Source: Acidobacteriota bacterium (lineage in GTDB: Bacteria > Acidobacteriota > Polarisedimenticolia > J045). Taken from it: a stretch of DNA of 64,000 nucleotides. Shown here piece after piece: positions 60,725 to 64,000 of this stretch. Position 1 is the first letter of the stretch, and each line of letters opens with the position of its first letter. A model generated the notes under the pieces. The model made no database searches. It worked only from the letters and a program-made list of their open reading frames with translations, and was not told the origin of the DNA. Made by a program: the position numbers and the translations under genes. The DNA lies in contig JAUZRX010000024.1 in assembly GCA_030949985.1 (NCBI GenBank), forward strand, positions 2,526 through 66,525, read 5' to 3'.

Positions 60725-61005
60725 CCCAGAAACTCCCGCGAGATTTCGGAAATGCCGCCCGGCACGACCCTGTCGGCCTCCTCCACGAGCCTGTCGAACA
60801 GGCGCTCGAGGGGCTCCTGGCGGTCGGCGACGGAGACGAAGGCGAGGGTGCCCCGTTGCCTGAGATCCTGGTGCTCGATTTCAGCGGTAGCGACGTTGTG
60901 CCGCGAACGCGCGCGATCCGAGATGGCCCGGATCACACGGCGCTTGTCTTTGAGCGAAGCGCTGCCCCGCAAGAAGACGTCGATCACGAGAAGACCCACC
61001 CGCAT
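60721..61005 (-). CDS. DUF503 (YlxP-like) protein
   Basis: 94 aa MRVGLLVIDVFLRGSASLKDKRRVIRAISDRARSRHNVATAEIEHQDLRQRGTLAFVSV; GGAGG RBS; internal start of track ORF 60721..61176; sits where rbfA normally is. Confidence 0.7.
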   Translation of the reverse strand: MRVGLLVIDVFLRGSASLKDKRRVIRAISDRARSRHNVATAEIEHQDLRQRGTLAFVSVADRQEPLERLFDRLVEEADRVVPGGISEISREFLG

Positions 61006-61048
61006 CGCACCGCCTCCTGTGCGCGGCTGCCCCGGCGCTCGGCCGTGG

Positions 61049-63736
61049 TCAAGCGTTGAGAGATTCGCGCTTGACCGATTCCACCACGAAGGCCTCGATC
61101 TCGTCGCCGGGCTTGATGTCCTGGTAGCGTTCGATGCTGATACCGCATTCGAAGCCGGCACGCACCTCCCGCGCATCGTCCTTGAAGCGCTTGAGCGAGC
61201 CGATCTTGCCCTCGTGGATCACGACGTTGTCACGCAGCAGGCGAACCTGTGCGTCGCGACGCACGAGGCCGTCGACCACATAACAGCCGGCGATGACCCC
61301 GAGTTTGGGCACCCGGAAGGTTTCGCGCACCTCCACTCGGCCGAGGTAGACTTCCTTTTCGACGGGGGAGAGGGTGGCGAGCATGGCCTGTTCGATCTCT
61401 TCGGCCACCTTGTAGATCACAGTGTGCAGGCGAATGTCCACGCCGACGCGCTGGGCGATTTCGGGGACACCGCGCTCGGGGCGGACGTTGAAGCCGATGA
61501 TGATCGCGCGGCTCGCCGAGGCGAGCAGGATGTCGTTCTCGGTGATGGCACCGGTTCCGGAGTGGATCACGCGTACCTTCACCTCGGAAGTGGAGAGTTC
61601 CTCCATCGCGGCCGAGAGCACTTCGACCGAACCCTGAACGTCCGCCTTGATCACCAGCGGCAACTCGTTGACATCGCCCTGCTGGATCATCTCGTGAAGC
61701 TTGTCGAGGGTCGGCAGGGCGGTCCGGCGCGCCTGCTCTTCTTCCTTCTGTTGTTGCCGGCGGTAGACCGAGATCTGCCTGGCCTTCTGCTCGTCCGGGA
61801 AGACTTGGAGCATGTCACCGGCCTGGGGCACTTCGTCGAGTCCCATGACCACCACCGGTGTCGCAGGCCCGGCTTCCTTCAGCCGCTTGTCGTGTTCGTC
61901 CACCAGGGCTCGGACACGGCCCATGCTCGCGCCGACGACGAAGACGTCGCCGATTTTCAGCGTGCCGTTCTGCACCAGGACAGTCGCAATAGGGCCTCGG
62001 GACTTGTCGAGTTTGGCCTCGAGCACCGTGCCGGTGGCAGGGCGCTTGGGGTCGGCCTGCAGTTCGAGGACATCGGAGACCAGCAGGATCATCTCGAGCA
62101 GTTGGTCGATGCCGTCTCCGGTCCTGGCCGAGACGTTGACCGTCACCGTATCGCCGCCGAAAGCCTCGACCAGGACATCGTGCTCGATCAACTGCTGGAG
62201 GACGCGATCTGGCGCGGCGTTGGGCTTGTCGATCTTGTTGACGGCCACTACGAGGGGAACATCGGCGGCCTTGGCGTGGTGGATCGCCTCGATGGTCTGG
62301 GGCATGACGCCGTCGTCGGCTGCCACGACCAGGACCACCACGTCGGTCACCCGGGCGCCGCGGGCGCGCATCATGGTGAAGGCGGCGTGACCCGGAGTGT
62401 CGAGGAAGACGATCTCGCGATCCTTGCCTTCGTGCTTCTGGGTGATCTTGTAGGCACCGATGTGCTGGGTGATGCCGCCCGCTTCCCGCTCGGCGACGCG
62501 GGTCCGGCGGATTGCGTCGAGCAGACTCGTCTTTCCATGGTCCACGTGGCCCATCATCGTCACCACCGGTGGCCGTGGAATGCCTTCGCCTTCGGCGTAG
62601 TCCGGCAGATCCTCGCCACTGATGCTGCTCGCTTCGGCGAGGGCTTCCTCTTCCATGGTCACCCGGTGAGGGGTCCCACCGAAGGCTTCAACGACCCATG
62701 CCGCGGTCTCCTCGTCGAGGGCGAGGTTGATCGTGGCCATGATCTTCTTTTCCATGAACAGGCGGGTGATGACGTCCTTGGCCTTGCGGTTCATGCGATC
62801 GGCAAGGTCTTTAATCGTGATGCCGTCGGAAATCTTCACTTCGCCCACCGGTGTCTCGGGGACCTCTGCGCGGCGCGCGGCGGCCTGCCGGGCTTCGGCG
62901 GCGGCTTCCTGTTGCTGTTGGCGCCGGCCGCCTTTCTTGCCCTTGCGGGACCCGGGGCGCTGGCCGGGCGAGGGGCGAGCCGCCGTACCTCGACGCGGAA
63001 CGGCACCGGCGCTGGCGGCGCGGGGATCCGGTCGGGTCGGCCGCAGATCGGAAAGAGGCCGGCCGAGAAGCTCGGCCCGCTCTTTGGCCGTCGTCGGGGG
63101 GGGGGCGATGACGGCCTTGCCCAGGCCGCCTCCCCGGGTGGCCGTCGGACCGGCAGGCTGCGCCGGCGACCGGGTCGGCGGGTCGGCGGTGGCGGGCGCC
63201 TCTGCGGGGGGCGGGGCTTCCGCCGCGGGGGCCTCCTGGTTCGTCGGGGCAGCCGTCGCGGGCGCTTCCGCCGCGGGCCGGGCCTCTTCCGTCACCGGCG
63301 GCTCGGGGGCCGGTGGCGCGGCCTGGGCCGCGGGGGGGGGAGCCGCGGGAGTCGGGGGGGCTTGGGGCTGGGGAGCCGGGACGGTGCTGGGCTCACCCTC
63401 CTCGGGCTTTTTGCGCGCCGCACTGCGGCGGGCGAGAGCCTTTTCGCGGGCCGCGCGCCGGGCTTCTTCCTTGCGCTGCTCTTCGCGCCGCGCGGCATCG
63501 GCAGCGGCGCGTTCGCGGGCTTCCCGCTCCGCGAGAGCCCGCCGAATGGCCTCTTCCTTGGCGTTGGCGGCAGCCTTGGGCTTCGGCTTGAAAAGCTCGC
63601 GCAGCTCGGCCTCCAGCTCGTCGGTCAGCGAGGCCAGATTGGACTTGGCCTCGATGCCCATATCTTCGAGGGCGTCGAGCAGGTCCTGGCTCTCGACTTT
63701 GAGCTCCTTGGCCAGTTGGAAAATCCGCACGGTCAC
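61049..63736 (-). CDS. infB: Translation initiation factor IF-2
   Basis: 895 aa; Ala/Pro/Arg-rich N-terminus, GTPase G1 [21 protein letters not shown]. Confidence 0.95.
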   Translation of the reverse strand: MTVRIFQLAKELKVESQDLLDALEDMGIEAKSNLASLTDELEAELRELFKPKPKAAANAKEEAIRRALAEREARERAAADAARREEQRKEEARRAAREKALARRSAARKKPEEGEPSTVPAPQPQAPPTPAAPPPAAQAAPPAPEPPVTEEARPAAEAPATAAPTNQEAPAAEAPPPAEAPATADPPTRSPAQPAGPTATRGGGLGKAVIAPPPTTAKERAELLGRPLSDLRPTRPDPRAASAGAVPRRGTAARPSPGQRPGSRKGKKGGRRQQQQEAAAEARQAAARRAEVPETPVGEVKISDGITIKDLADRMNRKAKDVITRLFMEKKIMATINLALDEETAAWVVEAFGGTPHRVTMEEEALAEASSISGEDLPDYAEGEGIPRPPVVTMMGHVDHGKTSLLDAIRRTRVAEREAGGITQHIGAYKITQKHEGKDREIVFLDTPGHAAFTMMRARGARVTDVVVLVVAADDGVMPQTIEAIHHAKAADVPLVVAVNKIDKPNAAPDRVLQQLIEHDVLVEAFGGDTVTVNVSARTGDGIDQLLEMILLVSDVLELQADPKRPATGTVLEAKLDKSRGPIATVLVQNGTLKIGDVFVVGASMGRVRALVDEHDKRLKEAGPATPVVVMGLDEVPQAGDMLQVFPDEQKARQISVYRRQQQKEEEQARRTALPTLDKLHEMIQQGDVNELPLVIKADVQGSVEVLSAAMEELSTSEVKVRVIHSGTGAITENDILLASASRAIIIGFNVRPERGVPEIAQRVGVDIRLHTVIYKVAEEIEQAMLATLSPVEKEVYLGRVEVRETFRVPKLGVIAGCYVVDGLVRRDAQVRLLRDNVVIHEGKIGSLKRFKDDAREVRAGFECGISIERYQDIKPGDEIEAFVVESVKRESLNA

Positions 63737-63754
63737 TACTCCTGTCTTTCCCGG

Positions 63755-64000
63755 TTATTCCTGCGGCCCGGTTTCGGCCGCGCCCTCTGCCGGGGCGGTA
63801 TCGCGGGTTTCGGCTTCCGGGGAGTCCTCCTCCCCGGGATTCTGCTGGTCAGGAAGACCGAGCAGAACACTGGCGTCCACCTCGTCTTCCGCGGCGGGTT
63901 GTCGTTCAGCGGCAAACTGCTCGGCGAGGCGTCGAGCCTCCTCCTCTTCCTGGCGGACGGCCTGGATCACCTGCTCGGCGTGATCATGGATGTGCAGGCA
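63755..64000 (-). CDS. 3' end of upstream gene with acidic C-terminal tail, probably nusA (5' end outside window)
   Basis: Track ORF 63755..63970 ends in an acidic tail ...EAETRDTAPAEGAAETGPQE and the frame stays open to the window edge; position upstream of infB. Confidence 0.4.
   Translation of the reverse strand, partial: CLHIHDHAEQVIQAVRQEEEEARRLAEQFAAERQPAAEDEVDASVLLGLPDQQNPGEEDSPEAETRDTAPAEGAAETGPQE

Noticed and set aside
1-64000. Mobile elements, CRISPR arrays, tRNA/rRNA genes
   Set aside because: No transposase or integrase-like translations, no spaced direct-repeat arrays and no tRNA-like cloverleaf candidates were seen in intergenic regions. The signalling block does not look like a mobile island by flanks or composition

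Overview
High-GC (~68-70%) bacterial chromosomal segment from an apparently Gram-negative (diderm) organism; LolCDE, LpxD-FabZ-LpxA, TonB/ExbBD and Skp are all present. No rRNA, tRNA, CRISPR array, transposase or integrase is evident in the sequence.

**1-12.4 kb:** the 3' half of the S10 operon plus the complete spc and alpha ribosomal-protein operons (rplB through rplQ, with secY, adk, infA, rpmJ and rpoA embedded), closed by a hairpin plus T-tract terminator.

**12.5-16.7 kb:** carB (carA is not adjacent), a HAD hydrolase and an FmdB-type zinc-ribbon protein.

**16.7-26.8 kb:** a ~10 kb block of uncharacterised signalling-type genes. This is the most interesting part of the window.
- An XRE-HTH regulator with a helical (TPR-like) C-terminal domain.
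- A 990-aa cytoplasmic protein with an N-terminal array of ~19-20-residue helical repeats, then a degenerate (catalytic Asp lost) pseudokinase domain, then a fully canonical Hanks Ser/Thr kinase domain.
- A divergently transcribed SWIM zinc-finger protein.
- A small lipoprotein.
- A translationally coupled pair: a membrane-anchored kinase-like pseudokinase with a periplasmic helical domain, and a 584-aa secreted partner.

**26.8-31 kb:** infC (isolated from thrS and rpmI-rplT), serC, an ALDH7-type aldehyde dehydrogenase and a lipoprotein.

**31.1-36.9 kb:** the conserved prkA-yhbH(DUF444)-spoVR stress operon. It is extended at its 3' end by an AmmeMemoRadiSam-type radical SAM gene that has no AMMECR1/MEMO partners.

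**37-64 kb:** housekeeping genes.
- a tsaB-rimI fusion
- psd-pssA
- lolE-lolD
- clpC
- skp-lpxD-fabZ-lpxA followed by a GnnA-like oxidoreductase
- a serine hydrolase
- a tonB/DEAD-box helicase/exbB/exbD/rsmD cluster
- a LysM protein
- a GspE_N-GAF protein
- the pnp-rpsO-truB-DUF503-infB-(nusA) operon on the minus strand

Many long ORFs in the six-frame track are antisense shadow ORFs typical of high-GC DNA and were rejected. Coordinates derive from ORF-track arithmetic; a few start codons are uncertain by one or two candidate positions.
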